Assembly: GCA_963665125.2 (NCBI GenBank)
Contig: CAXXUK010000001.1
Coordinates: forward strand, 3,392,001 to 3,456,000
Direction: 5' to 3'
DNA from: an uncultured Desulfarculus sp.
GTDB lineage: Bacteria > Desulfobacterota > Desulfarculia > Desulfarculales > Desulfarculaceae
Length of the DNA stretch: 64,000 bases
The notes under the pieces were generated by a model. That model was not told where the DNA came from and searched no databases. It was given only the letters and a program-made list of their open reading frames with translations. Made by a program: the position numbers and the translations under genes. Shown one piece after another: positions 23,017 to 33,183 of this stretch. Numbering within the stretch: the stretch's first letter is position 1; every line of letters begins with the position of its first letter.

Positions 23017-23901
23017 TTAATTGATGCCGGATAAAAGCGCCCGGTGATGACGGGCCATCTCATTGACGAGCTGCCGAATCAGCCGGGATGTTTTCTTTTC
23101 CATATTGCGGAATTGAAGCACCGTGGCCGTTACCTTGTCGGTGAGGGCCTCGTTGCGCAGGACCTTGCCCCGGAGAGGAATCGTGGCCGTGGTGGTGCAC
23201 ATGGCCACGTCAACCCTTGTTCCCGGCGCGAACTCCATCCATTCCGGATGGCTGAAGCGCAGTCCGCCGGGGGATACGTCCAATAGCGTCAGTTGCTGGC
23301 CGTCGGGCCACAAACGCAGGCTGAGGTCCATGTCGGGCGTTGGTTCCACCCGCTGGGCAATGCGGGCCGAACTGGGGTTGAGTTTTTGGGGAGGGTTGAA
23401 AACGAGCACGTTTTCCTTGAAGTCCTCACCAAGCTGATAATCTTCGATGATATCCATTACCGGCGTGCTGTAACCCACCCGCAGCCAGCGCCCTCCGCGC
23501 TTGCCGGGATAATAGTTCAGAAAAGTCAACTCAATGGTCTTGCCGATCTGGGAATGCAGGACCGGCGGCGATGTCTGGCCTATGAGCAGCCTGCCCTTTT
23601 CATCTATTTCATGGATTATGCTGGCCCGGACATCCATTTCATCGGTGGACCAGTCCAGCTCCATCACTATATCGACAAGCTGGCGCAGGCGGATGCTGCG
23701 CATGAACATTTCCTTTTGGGTGGGCGGTGTCTCCTCGCTGTCGTCGATCAGGCGCACCGGCCGGGCCAGGGGGCGTGTTTCAATGCCCATGTCCTGCTCG
23801 AAATGCAAAAGCGGGCCGGGCTCCACATAGCCCTCTTCCCGGTCTTTTTCCTTCCGGTCCGGCCTTTTGGGGCCGCCTTGGCTGAAGCCTCCCATACGCA
23901 T
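23017..23901 (-). CDS. PilZ-domain (flagellar brake-like) protein
   Basis: RIAQR (RxxxR) and DVSPGG (DxSxxG). Confidence 0.8.
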   Translation of the reverse strand: MRMGGFSQGGPKRPDRKEKDREEGYVEPGPLLHFEQDMGIETRPLARPVRLIDDSEETPPTQKEMFMRSIRLRQLVDIVMELDWSTDEMDVRASIIHEIDEKGRLLIGQTSPPVLHSQIGKTIELTFLNYYPGKRGGRWLRVGYSTPVMDIIEDYQLGEDFKENVLVFNPPQKLNPSSARIAQRVEPTPDMDLSLRLWPDGQQLTLLDVSPGGLRFSHPEWMEFAPGTRVDVAMCTTTATIPLRGKVLRNEALTDKVTATVLQFRNMEKKTSRLIRQLVNEMARHHRALLSGIN

Positions 23902-24002
23902 GGTGAATACCCCCTGATAGTTACGCGGTGAGTTAGTATAACAATTTTTTAACTATGATCACAGACTGTTGCGTAACGGGATTATGGAAAAGCACCCAAG
24001 GC

Positions 24003-24449
24003 TTATATATTTTTGGTTAACCAGCGGTCCAGGGCGGCGGCGAACTTGTCCCGGTCCTTGCGGGAATACGGCGGCGGTCCGCCTATTTCCTGGCCTGTCT
24101 CGCGCAGGCCCATCAGGAAATCACGCATGGACAAGCGCTCTCTCACGTTTTCGGCGGTGTAGGTCTCGCCCCTTGGATTCATGGCATGGGCGCCAAGGTC
24201 CACGATCTGGGCCGCCAGGGGCAGATCGGCGGTGATGACAAGGTCTCCCGGGGCGGCGTTGTCCACAATGTAGTTGTCGGCGCTGTCCATATCCCGGGGC
24301 ACCACCACCGAGGAAATCAGGCGCGACCTTTCGGGGGCCAGGGGCCTATCGGCCACCATCACCACAGCCAGCTTGAGCCTGGCCGAGGCCCTGAAAACCA
24401 GGTCCTTGGCCGCCCGGGGGCAGGCATCGGCGTCGATCCAAATTTGCAA
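24003..24449 (-). CDS. YaiI/YqxD (DUF188) family protein
   Basis: IWIDADACP, DLVITADLPLA, NPRGE; TTG start after AGGAG. Confidence 0.92.
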   Translation of the reverse strand: MQIWIDADACPRAAKDLVFRASARLKLAVVMVADRPLAPERSRLISSVVVPRDMDSADNYIVDNAAPGDLVITADLPLAAQIVDLGAHAMNPRGETYTAENVRERLSMRDFLMGLRETGQEIGGPPPYSRKDRDKFAAALDRWLTKNI

Positions 24450-24518
24450 TGTCTTCTCCTGATAATAAAAGGGGCAGCCCGCAGGCCGCCCCAAGCTTGC
24501 AATCGGCCCGCCGGGGTC

Positions 24519-25802
24519 CTACAGCGAAGCAAGGGCCTCGCTGACGGCGGTAAGGGTCTGGTCGATGGCCGCCTCGTCGTGGGCCAGGGAGACGAATGTG
24601 CATTCAAACTGGCTGGGCGCCAGATAGATGCCCCGGTCCAATACGGCCCGGTAGAAACGGGCGAACAACTCGGTGTCGCTCTTGGCCGCCTGCTGGTAGT
24701 CGGTCACCGGACCATCCTGGAAGAAAAAGCACATCATCGAGCCGCAGCGCTGGCCGTAGTGGGCAAAGCCCTTTGAGCTGTAGAGCCCCTCAAGGCCGTC
24801 GTAGAGCATCTTGCCCAGTTCTTCCAGCCGGTCATAGACCGCCGCGCCGCTCAACAGCTCCAACACCGCCAGGCCAGCGGCCGTGGCCAGGGGATTGCCC
24901 GAAAGCGTACCGGCCTGGTAGACCTGGCCCAGCGGGGCGACGTGATCCATGATCTCGGCCTTGCCGCCGAACGCGCCCATGGGCAGTCCGCCGCCGATGA
25001 TCTTGCCCATGGTGGTCAGATCGGGCATCACCCCGAAAAGCCCCTGGGCGCTGTTCCAGCCCACCCGGAAGCCGGTGATGACTTCATCGAAGATCAGCAC
25101 CACGCCGTATTTGTCGCACAGGTCCCTGAGACCCTGGAGATAGCCCTCGGCGGGCAGGATTACGCCCATATTCCCGGCGATTGGCTCCAGGATCACGGCG
25201 GCGATTTCATCGCCCCTGGCCTTGAACAGGTCCTCGACAGACCCCAGGTCGTTGTAGGGCAGCGAAATGGTGGCCTGGGCCATGCCCGCGGGCACGCCGG
25301 GGCACGCCGGGATGCCCAGGGTGGCCAGCCCGGAGCCGGCCGAAACCAAAAGGCCGTCCGAGTGGCCGTGGTAGCAGCCGTCGAACTTGACGATGACGTC
25401 GCGGCCGGTATAGCCCCTGGCCAGGCGCAGGGCGCTCATGGTCGCCTCGGTGCCGCTGCTGACCAGACGCACTTTTTCCAGGGAGGGCACGGCCTTGCAC
25501 AATTCCTCGGCCAGGATCACTTCGCTCTCGGTGGGGGCGCCGTAGCTGGTGCCTTTTTCGGCCGCCGCCTTTATGGCCTCGATAACGTCCTGCTGGGCGT
25601 GACCCAGGATCATGGGGCCCCATGAACCGACATAATCAATATAGCGGTTGCCGTCGGCATCCTTGATGTAGCAACCCTGGGCCCGGCGGATAAACGGGGG
25701 AATCAAACCGACCGACTTCATGGCCCGCACCGGGCTGTTGACACCGCCCGGTATGACTTGCTGGGCCCGCTCCCAAAGAACCTGCGACCGGTTAGTTGCC
25801 AT
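24519..25802 (-). CDS. hemL: Glutamate-1-semialdehyde 2,1-aminomutase
   Basis: IPGGVNSPVRA, SGTEATMSA, FDEVITGFR, GKIIGGG, YQAGTLSGNP. Confidence 0.97.
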   Translation of the reverse strand: MATNRSQVLWERAQQVIPGGVNSPVRAMKSVGLIPPFIRRAQGCYIKDADGNRYIDYVGSWGPMILGHAQQDVIEAIKAAAEKGTSYGAPTESEVILAEELCKAVPSLEKVRLVSSGTEATMSALRLARGYTGRDVIVKFDGCYHGHSDGLLVSAGSGLATLGIPACPGVPAGMAQATISLPYNDLGSVEDLFKARGDEIAAVILEPIAGNMGVILPAEGYLQGLRDLCDKYGVVLIFDEVITGFRVGWNSAQGLFGVMPDLTTMGKIIGGGLPMGAFGGKAEIMDHVAPLGQVYQAGTLSGNPLATAAGLAVLELLSGAAVYDRLEELGKMLYDGLEGLYSSKGFAHYGQRCGSMMCFFFQDGPVTDYQQAAKSDTELFARFYRAVLDRGIYLAPSQFECTFVSLAHDEAAIDQTLTAVSEALASL

Positions 25803-26286
25803 GGACCTCTCCCTCCTCGGTAAAATAGCGCATGGAGGTCTTTTTCAACTCCTCCATTGAAAAAAGCAGATCGTGCTGGGGGTTGCCCACAGATTGGGCC
25901 ATTTCCTCAATTATCGCCCTGCATTCATCCTCGCTGCGGCCATGCACCATGGTAAAGACATTGTAGCTAAAGCCGTCGCAGGGATGCCGGTGATATGCAT
26001 GACTGACGTTTCTGAACCCGGCAAGCTTACGTCCAACCTCGCTGATTTGTCCTTCCGGCACATTCCAGGCCACCATCACATTGCAGGAAAATCCGGATTG
26101 CTGGTGACGCAGGGTGGCGCCGAAGCGCCGCATGATTTTTTCATCCGCCAGCCGCTGAATACGGCGGACCACCTCTTGTTCGCTGATGCCCAGATCAGCC
26201 GCAATGCCCTCGAACGGCCTGGACACCAGGGGCAAGTCGCCCTGCAATCGGGCGATCAGCTTTCTGTCGATTTTATCGAAATTCAT
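25792..26286 (-). CDS. ahbB: Siroheme decarboxylase subunit (Lrp/AsnC-like, AhbB/NirH type)
   Basis: LQGDLPLVSRPF, RRFGATLRH, VSHAY.R, YNVFTMVHG, ELKKTSMRYF; overlaps hemL. Confidence 0.8.
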   Translation of the reverse strand: MNFDKIDRKLIARLQGDLPLVSRPFEGIAADLGISEQEVVRRIQRLADEKIMRRFGATLRHQQSGFSCNVMVAWNVPEGQISEVGRKLAGFRNVSHAYHRHPCDGFSYNVFTMVHGRSEDECRAIIEEMAQSVGNPQHDLLFSMEELKKTSMRYFTEEGEVHGN

Positions 26287-26425
26287 GTTAAAAGCCACGG
26301 TTACACAAATTCTAGATTTGCCGGGCCGGGTATGTCAAGATTACTGCCGCCCCCGCTGATGGACCTTCATTCATAGCCTATAAAATCTTCAGATGCAAAC
26401 AGAGGAACAGGCCCTGACACGATTG

Positions 26426-29263
26426 TCACGCGGCATCGAACATCTGGTTAATTACCTTTTCCAGTTCGGTCAGGCTGTATGGCTTTGACAATGTAAATAT
26501 GTGCGGGTCCCGCAGGATATCCTGATCGGACTGCGAGTTGAGATCACCGCTTACGATGAGGATCGGTTTACGACAACCCTTGTTGCGCAGCTGCCGCACG
26601 GCCCATCCCCCGCCCCTGCCGGGCATGTTCAGGTCCATGACAATGGCCGAAATTTCCCCTTCGTGCCGGCGGTAAACATCCAGGGCGATCTCACCCTTGG
26701 GCGCGCTGAGCACCTGATAATTGGATTCGCTTAAAAATTCCGTGGTGCTCTCAATTATGGACGCCTCGTCATCAACCAGCAAAATGGTGCGTCCGTGGCC
26801 ATCGGGCCGGCGGTTGTCCGCCTCATAAACCGGCAGCACGGCCTTCAGGCCCGGACTGGCCGGCAGATAGACCTCAAAGGTGGTGCCCCAGCCGGGCTGA
26901 CTATAGACGACGATGTTGCCTTTATGGCTTTGAACGATGCCGTAAACCATGGCCAGGCCCAGGCCCGTGCCCTTGCCGACCTGTTTGCTGGTGTAAAACG
27001 GCTCGAAAATATGCTTGATCACCTGGTCGTCCATGCCGTGGCCCGTATCCGTAACGGTGATTTTGCAATATTTTCCAGGTACGGCCGAAACATTGGTGCC
27101 GCAAAAATCGTCGCCAAGCTCGATATTTTCGGTGCTAATGAACAGGCGCCCCCCGTCGGGCATGGCATCGGCGGCATTTCTGCATAGGTTCAGCAACACC
27201 TGGCCTATTTGGGTGCTGTCTGCCATTACCGGCCACAGATCCTCGCCGGCCTGCTGTTCAACCTGGATCATTTTGGGTATGGTCCGTCGCAGCAGTTCAA
27301 CCACCCTCTCTACTTCACGATTCAGATCAATGGGCTCCATTTCCGGCTCAACCTGCCGGGAGAAGGTCAACAGCCGCCGGGTCAACTCCGCGGCACGGCG
27401 GGACTCTTCCTCGACCATGTTCAGGTAGTGCATGACCTGGGTGTCATGGCCACTGCGCCGTTTGACCAGTTGCACGTATCCCCTGACCGCCTGGAGAATA
27501 TTATTGAAGTCATGAGCCACCCCGCCGGCCAGGGTGCCGACCGTTTCCAGGCTCTGGGCCTGGCGCAATTGCAGTTCCAGTTTTTTTCGCTTGGTTATGT
27601 CCAGGATAATGGTCCGGTAACCCTCGATCTTGTCGTCGTTGACAATGGCGTTGATATACAAGGCCACCGAAACCATCAAACCGTCATTGCGCCGGGCCAT
27701 GACCTCAAGGCCGTTGATGCTTTCATTGCGCTTTACGCTTTTCATGGCCTCAATGACCTTGTCCCGTTGGGATCCGGAAACGGTATCAAGAATATTGACC
27801 GGCTTGATCAACTTTTTACGGTCATAACCGAACACCTTGAAACTGGAGCGGTTGGCATAGGTGACAAGGCCGTCGGTGTCGGTTTCCAACACCGGTTCTG
27901 GCAGCAGGTCGGCCAGGCTGCGAAAACGCCTCTCGCTATTACGCAGGGCCTGCTCTGCCAGCTGGCGCTGCCTGTTTTCGTGCTCAATGGCCAGATTTTG
28001 CTCGGTTAAGGCGGCGCGTTGCCTTTCCAGGGTTTGGAATGCTTTTTTGTTTCGGTAGGAAAGCATGGCCGCCTGGGCGAAAATGAAAACCACCAACCCC
28101 AAAGGCAATAGATAAATGGACCGGATGACCGTCTGGGCCACCAGGATGTCATGTACGGCCAGTGTGGCCAGGGCGGCGAATCCCCATAGCAGGGCCCGTG
28201 CGCCATCGCGTCCGCGGAGCCGGGCAACCCACAGCCTTTGGATCATATAAACCATGCTCACGGCGGTGGCCGGATAAAACGCCAGGGTCGTGTAGCTGAA
28301 AAACACCGACGACGTGCCAAGCACGACGGCGCATAAAACCAAATTGAACCCCACAATGATGTTTCTAGCGACCTTGTGGATTTCCGCCGGATAAAGACTC
28401 TTTAAAAACAAGACAAATGACGGCGGGCTCAGGAATATGGTCAGATATTCAATTCGCTTGAGCAGGAACCAATCTATATCCGGCAGCAGCAGGCGCAGCA
28501 ACTTGTCGTCGGTGACCAGCACGCGAAGGCTGATCAACAGGCAAAACACGCCAAAATAAAAAAAAGAACGGTCATTACGGCTCATGATGAAGACTATGAG
28601 GTGATAGATGCCGATGATCATCAACGCGCCGGACAACAGGCCGGCCCAAAGCAGCGCATTGCCCCACATCTCCAGGATGCTGGCGGCACGGCCAAGATAG
28701 ATTCCCCGCCACATGCCGCCCAGACGGTGGTCATAGTTTGAAACCTGCACGACAAGTTCTAGACGATCGGCCTTGGACTCAAAAAAAACAACCCCGGGAT
28801 CGGTTCCCGGCCTGGACTCGCCCTCCACGCCGGGCCGCCCGGCCTGGTAGATCAGTTCACCATTGGCGAACACTCTCATGGCCGTTCCGGCGTCTTCCAG
28901 GCGCAGCCCCAGCTTTCCGGAGTTGGGCGGTATTTCGACTAAAAGCCTGTAGGTGGCCATGCCGTGGGAACCGACTCTGCCGCCGGGCAGTTCCTGGCCG
29001 TTCCATACGCCGGGCACATTTATAAAGTTGTCCGTTGTCGGCTTGATTTGCGCTTTAAAATCCGAAGGCGTCAACAGCCGGGACCAGTAGAACTCCCACA
29101 CACCATTTAAAGGTATGGGACCATCCACCTGGGGCTGCCAAAGGCGCAGGTCAATATGCCCCTTGTCGGCCTGCGGGGGGTGAGCCAATGAATATGACCC
29201 AATGCCCATAAAGCAACCAAGGCAAAGCGCCAGGGTTAGCAAGATGATGGAAAGAATTTTCAA
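26426..29263 (-). CDS. Hybrid sensor histidine kinase (7TM-DISM, PAS, HisKA/HATPase, receiver)
   Basis: LNGVWEFYW, about 7 TM helices, AGGVAHDFNN, GKGTGLGL, C-terminal REC domain. Confidence 0.92.
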   Translation of the reverse strand: MKILSIILLTLALCLGCFMGIGSYSLAHPPQADKGHIDLRLWQPQVDGPIPLNGVWEFYWSRLLTPSDFKAQIKPTTDNFINVPGVWNGQELPGGRVGSHGMATYRLLVEIPPNSGKLGLRLEDAGTAMRVFANGELIYQAGRPGVEGESRPGTDPGVVFFESKADRLELVVQVSNYDHRLGGMWRGIYLGRAASILEMWGNALLWAGLLSGALMIIGIYHLIVFIMSRNDRSFFYFGVFCLLISLRVLVTDDKLLRLLLPDIDWFLLKRIEYLTIFLSPPSFVLFLKSLYPAEIHKVARNIIVGFNLVLCAVVLGTSSVFFSYTTLAFYPATAVSMVYMIQRLWVARLRGRDGARALLWGFAALATLAVHDILVAQTVIRSIYLLPLGLVVFIFAQAAMLSYRNKKAFQTLERQRAALTEQNLAIEHENRQRQLAEQALRNSERRFRSLADLLPEPVLETDTDGLVTYANRSSFKVFGYDRKKLIKPVNILDTVSGSQRDKVIEAMKSVKRNESINGLEVMARRNDGLMVSVALYINAIVNDDKIEGYRTIILDITKRKKLELQLRQAQSLETVGTLAGGVAHDFNNILQAVRGYVQLVKRRSGHDTQVMHYLNMVEEESRRAAELTRRLLTFSRQVEPEMEPIDLNREVERVVELLRRTIPKMIQVEQQAGEDLWPVMADSTQIGQVLLNLCRNAADAMPDGGRLFISTENIELGDDFCGTNVSAVPGKYCKITVTDTGHGMDDQVIKHIFEPFYTSKQVGKGTGLGLAMVYGIVQSHKGNIVVYSQPGWGTTFEVYLPASPGLKAVLPVYEADNRRPDGHGRTILLVDDEASIIESTTEFLSESNYQVLSAPKGEIALDVYRRHEGEISAIVMDLNMPGRGGGWAVRQLRNKGCRKPILIVSGDLNSQSDQDILRDPHIFTLSKPYSLTELEKVINQMFDAA

Positions 29264-29673
29264 CCGCTGCCTCGGGCAAAGATGGTGTTATCGATATCGA
29301 TAAGTCATGGACAGCACACAATTGGCCTGAAACCAAATTTTAATATATGCCATAATTTTGTCAAAGCCTGGGCAGGTCTTTGGAGGGTTATCATTCCCTT
29401 GTCCGGCAATATGTATAATTTTTTACAGTTGGTCAATAGATTACGTATTAATTTAAATGGACATTTTCGCCTGTAGCTAGTTAACATGTTTAAAATTAAT
29501 AATAAACCCCTATTAAATTATGTACGTTTTTGCCCTGCCGCCAGGCGGTTTTGCTTCCGGCCCGGCATGTTCCACTATTCCAAACAGCGGCATTTCCCGG
29601 TAAATATGCCTTGTGCGCCCAAACGGTCACCTTAACGCAATGAAAATGTAATTATATTGTCTGGAGTGAGACC

Positions 29674-30444
29674 ATGGCAGCAATATTCAATAATACCGGA
29701 CGGCCCATGAGGGTGGCCGCGTTCATGAGCGGCAGCGGCAGCAACATCCGCCGCCTGCTGGAGATTGACAGCCTCCTTTTCGAAATCGTTTTCATTTTCA
29801 GCGACCGTGCAGACGGAAAAAGCAACGGCGAAAAAATCGCCCATGAATACAGTCTGCCGTACTTTGCCTATGATATCCGCCGCTTTCATGAGCAACGCCA
29901 ACTTCAGCGTAGCGTGGCCACCAGCCATGGTCTGGCGGCCCGGCGGGAATATGACCAGGTTGCGGCCAAACTCATCGAAGCCTTCAAAGTCGATGTCATC
30001 GCCCTGGGCGGGTATATGAGTTTTCTGACCCTGCCCAGGGCCGTAAACGTCCATCCTGCCGATTTGTCCCTGGTCAATGCCGACGGCTCGCGGACATTCG
30101 TGGGCGACGACGCGGTGTTCGACGCCATAGCCGCAGGCCGGACCGAACTCCGCTCATCTACTTTATGGACCGATGCGGGCGTGGATTCCGGACCCCTGCT
30201 CATGGTCTCCGATCCCTTGCTCGTGGAACTGCCAGCGCCTCTTGATGAGCTCAAGGCCGACCCCGAGCTTCTGCGCCGGGTTGCCGACGAGCACCAGGAA
30301 CGTCTCAAGGAGGCCGGAGACTGGGTTGTCTTTCCAAAGACCGTGGAATTGATCGCCCAGGGCCGCCTGGGCCTTGACGACTCGGGCGTGGTCACCCTGG
30401 ACGGCAAGGCCTATCCGGCCGGTGTCAGGCCTTCGGACATCTGA
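29674..30444 (+). CDS. PurN-like formyltransferase
   Basis: AAFMSGSGSN, LGGYM, NVHPA, GVDSGP. Confidence 0.75.
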   Translation: MAAIFNNTGRPMRVAAFMSGSGSNIRRLLEIDSLLFEIVFIFSDRADGKSNGEKIAHEYSLPYFAYDIRRFHEQRQLQRSVATSHGLAARREYDQVAAKLIEAFKVDVIALGGYMSFLTLPRAVNVHPADLSLVNADGSRTFVGDDAVFDAIAAGRTELRSSTLWTDAGVDSGPLLMVSDPLLVELPAPLDELKADPELLRRVADEHQERLKEAGDWVVFPKTVELIAQGRLGLDDSGVVTLDGKAYPAGVRPSDI

Positions 30445-30447
30445 GGT

Positions 30448-30927
30448 ATGAACGCCCCGACTCCACGAGAACTGGCCGACGCCGATGAACGGTTCATGGC
30501 CCTGGCCCTGCGCCTGGCCCGGCGGGCCGCCCGCATGGGCGAGGTGCCCATAGGAGCGGTGATCGCCGACCCAACGGGACGGGTCGTCGCGGCCACGGGC
30601 AACCGCACCATCACCAACACCGACCCCACGGCCCACGCGGAGATGCTGGCAATGCGCATGGCCGCCCAAGCCCTGGGCAACTACCGCCTTGGCGGATGCA
30701 CCCTATACGTGACTTTGGAGCCTTGCCCCATGTGCGCCGGGGCCCTGGTTTGGGCCCGGATAAAGCGGGTGGTTTTCGGCGCGTCAGACCCTAAGGCCGG
30801 GGCTCTTGGTTCGGTGATGGACATCGCCGCCCAGCAGAGCCTTAACCACAGGCCGCTGGTTCAGGGTGGGTTTTTGGCCGATCAGGCAGCGGCGCTTTTG
30901 AAAGAGTTTTTCGCAGTCCGCCGCTAA
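30448..30927 (+). CDS. tadA: tRNA adenosine(34) deaminase
   Basis: EVPIGAV, DPTAHAE, TLEPCPMCAGA, LNH, FF..RR; followed by tRNA-Ser. Confidence 0.93.
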   Translation: MNAPTPRELADADERFMALALRLARRAARMGEVPIGAVIADPTGRVVAATGNRTITNTDPTAHAEMLAMRMAAQALGNYRLGGCTLYVTLEPCPMCAGALVWARIKRVVFGASDPKAGALGSVMDIAAQQSLNHRPLVQGGFLADQAAALLKEFFAVRR

Positions 30928-30981
30928 GGATCAAACCCACTTGTCAGGCGGACAAAGTGCCGGTATGCTACACAACGTTGC

Positions 30982-31077
30982 GGAGAGGTACCGAAGTCCG
31001 GTCGTAACGGGCCCGACTCGAAATCGGGTTGGCGGCTAATAACCGTCACGTGGGTTCGAATCCCACCCTCTCCGCCA
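30982..31077 (+). tRNA. tRNA-Ser(CGA)
   Basis: GGAGAGG acceptor, CCCGA-CT-CGA-AA-TCGGG, long variable arm, GGTTCGAATCC, CCA end. Confidence 0.97.
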
Positions 31078-31168
31078 TCGTTTTTTATCCCCCTGTAATA
31101 ATTGTAAATAGCCGATAATACGAGCTTTGTTCTTCTCACTGTTACAGTAAAGTGTTACATTGAGGGGC

Positions 31169-31913
31169 ATGAGAACAGTGTCAGGACATACTCGTTTGTA
31201 TCGCCGTGGATCGGTCTATTATCATCGTGCGGCCATTCCCGCCGACATCAAAACTACCTACCCAAAACGTGAAGAAACGTTTTCCCTGAAGACCACTGAT
31301 TACCACGAGGCCTTGCGGCGAGTTCGTGTCGCGGCAGTAGAGGTTGATCAGCGTTTTGAGGCCCATCGCCAATTCCTGAAAACGGAGCCTCTGGAAGTGG
31401 TTTGGGAACTGACCGCTGAACAAATCAAGCAGTTGGGGCAAGTGTATTATGCCTATCTATTAGAAGAAGACGAGGGCACTCGCTTATTAGGCTTTAGCAA
31501 TGGGGAACGTTATGATCTGGCGGATTTTGGGGAGGGTAAAGATGCCATCCCAAAAGATGATCCACGCTTTCTGCCTAGAAAAACCTTCGAGGAATTTACC
31601 GAGGACGGCGTATCGGCGGACCAGACGACCCGCTATTACAACGCTCGTGGCGAGGTAGATGAGTTCTACTACGATGAATCTAACATCTTCCTGGGAGATG
31701 CAGGTATCAACCTGCATCCCGACTCTCCAAGCCGCACCAGGCTGGCCAGAGAACTTCAGGCGGCAACAATTCGCGCCCATCTGGCGATAAAACAGCGTAA
31801 TCTTGGCGATGTGGTAGAGACCCCCGTAGTGATCCAGCCAGCATCCGCCAGCAACGCACCCATAGTGTCTAAAGTCATGGAGGAATGGATCGACGAGAAG
31901 CGCCGCACCACTT
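31169..31913 (+). pseudogene. Truncated tyrosine integrase (DUF6538-type N-terminus), cut by IS3
   Basis: LYRRGSVYYHRAAIPADI..FSLKTTDY.EA; lies directly downstream of a tRNA; the frame runs into the IS3 end and no catalytic domain follows. Confidence 0.8.
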
Positions 31914-31976
31914 TGATCCAGCCCAGTTTTGACGGACACGCGTTTAAGCGAGTAAATTGCTTAACGGAGGTGTTCT

Positions 31977-32276
31977 ATGCCATCACAGAAGAGCCAGAAA
32001 AAATCCACCAGGCGGCGCTATTCGCCGGAATTCAAGATTGAGGCGCTGGGCTTGGCCGAGCAAGTGGGCGTGACTGGTGCTGCCAAGCAGCTTGGCCTGC
32101 ATGAGTCCCAGGTTTATGCTTGGCGCAAGAAAGCCCGATATGAGGCAAGCCGCAGTGAGACCGAGAAGGAACTGGCGGTGGAAAACGCCCGGCTGAAGCG
32201 GCAGCTTGCCAAGCAGGCCGAGGAGATTGAAATCTTAAAAAAGGCAAGCGCGTACTTCGCGAAAAGCCTGAAGTGA
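31977..32276 (+). CDS. IS3 transposase OrfA
   Basis: RRYSPEFK HTH, ENARLKRQL coiled coil; A6G slippery site at 32237-32243. Confidence 0.93.
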   Translation: MPSQKSQKKSTRRRYSPEFKIEALGLAEQVGVTGAAKQLGLHESQVYAWRKKARYEASRSETEKELAVENARLKRQLAKQAEEIEILKKASAYFAKSLK

Positions 32277-33139
32277 AGTACGCGTTCATGCAGCAAAACG
32301 CAGGCACATACAGCATCACGGCGCAATCCGAGGCCTTTGGCGTATCGCGTGGCGGGTATTATGGCTGGCGGCGCAGGTTGCAAAATCCCAGCCAAAGGCA
32401 GGTGGAGCGTGAGAGGCTCGATCACCTGGTGAAAGAAGCCTTTGAAGTTCGCAAGGGCCGTAGCGGAGCAGTTGGGCTGACTCTCGATCTTGATGAGCAG
32501 GGCTGCAAATACAACCGCAAAACAGTGGCCAAAAGCATGAATAGGCAGGGCCTTGTAGCTAAAGCGGGCAGGAAGTTCAAGGCCACCACGGATTCGGATC
32601 ACGGTAGGCCGGTGGCTCCAAATCTGTTGGCCCAGGACTTTAGCGCAACCGCTCCAAATCAGAAGTGGGTCTGCGACATCACCTACCTTTGGACCGGCGA
32701 GGGCTGGTTGTATCTGGCAGTGGTGCTCGACCTGTTTTCGCGCATGGTGGTGGGCTGGGCCATGGATAAGCGTATGAAAGAAGACCTGGTCTGTGACGCA
32801 TTGCAGATGGCCTTGTGGCGGCGGCATATGCCCAAAGGTGTGATGGTCCATTCGGATCGTGGCAGCCAGTACTGCTCCCGGAAATACCAGGCCCTCTTGG
32901 CCAAACGTGAACTGGTTTGCAGCATGAGCGGTAAGGGCAACTGTTATGACAACGCCGTGGCCGAAAGCTTCTTCCATACCCTCAAGGTGGAGTTGGTTCA
33001 TGGCGAAAGCTGCGCCACTCGACAGGACTTACGCCGGGCCGTATTCGAGTATATCGAGGTTGACTACAACCGTAACAGGAGGCACAGTGCCAATGGCTAC
33101 ATCAGCCCGCTGGCCTTTGAAAACCAAATTGTCGCTTAA
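32273..33139 (+). CDS. IS3 transposase OrfB (DDE), in the -1 frame relative to OrfA
   Basis: WVCDITY, HSDRGSQY, CYDNAVAESFF. Confidence 0.95.
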   Translation: MKYAFMQQNAGTYSITAQSEAFGVSRGGYYGWRRRLQNPSQRQVERERLDHLVKEAFEVRKGRSGAVGLTLDLDEQGCKYNRKTVAKSMNRQGLVAKAGRKFKATTDSDHGRPVAPNLLAQDFSATAPNQKWVCDITYLWTGEGWLYLAVVLDLFSRMVVGWAMDKRMKEDLVCDALQMALWRRHMPKGVMVHSDRGSQYCSRKYQALLAKRELVCSMSGKGNCYDNAVAESFFHTLKVELVHGESCATRQDLRRAVFEYIEVDYNRNRRHSANGYISPLAFENQIVA

Positions 33140-33183
33140 CCAACTGTCCGTTGTTGATGGGCTGGATCAATCCCGAGTTATCC

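Larger units (their letters stand above)
31914..33169 (+). mobile_element. IS3-family insertion sequence (1256 bp)
   Basis: TG...CA ends; IRs tgatccagcccagttttgacggaca / tgatccagcccatcaacaacggaca; no flanking direct repeat. Confidence 0.95.

Noticed and set aside
25792..26286. ahbB without an adjacent ahbA as an anomaly
   Set aside because: The partner subunit may be encoded elsewhere, and linkage to hemL is unremarkable.
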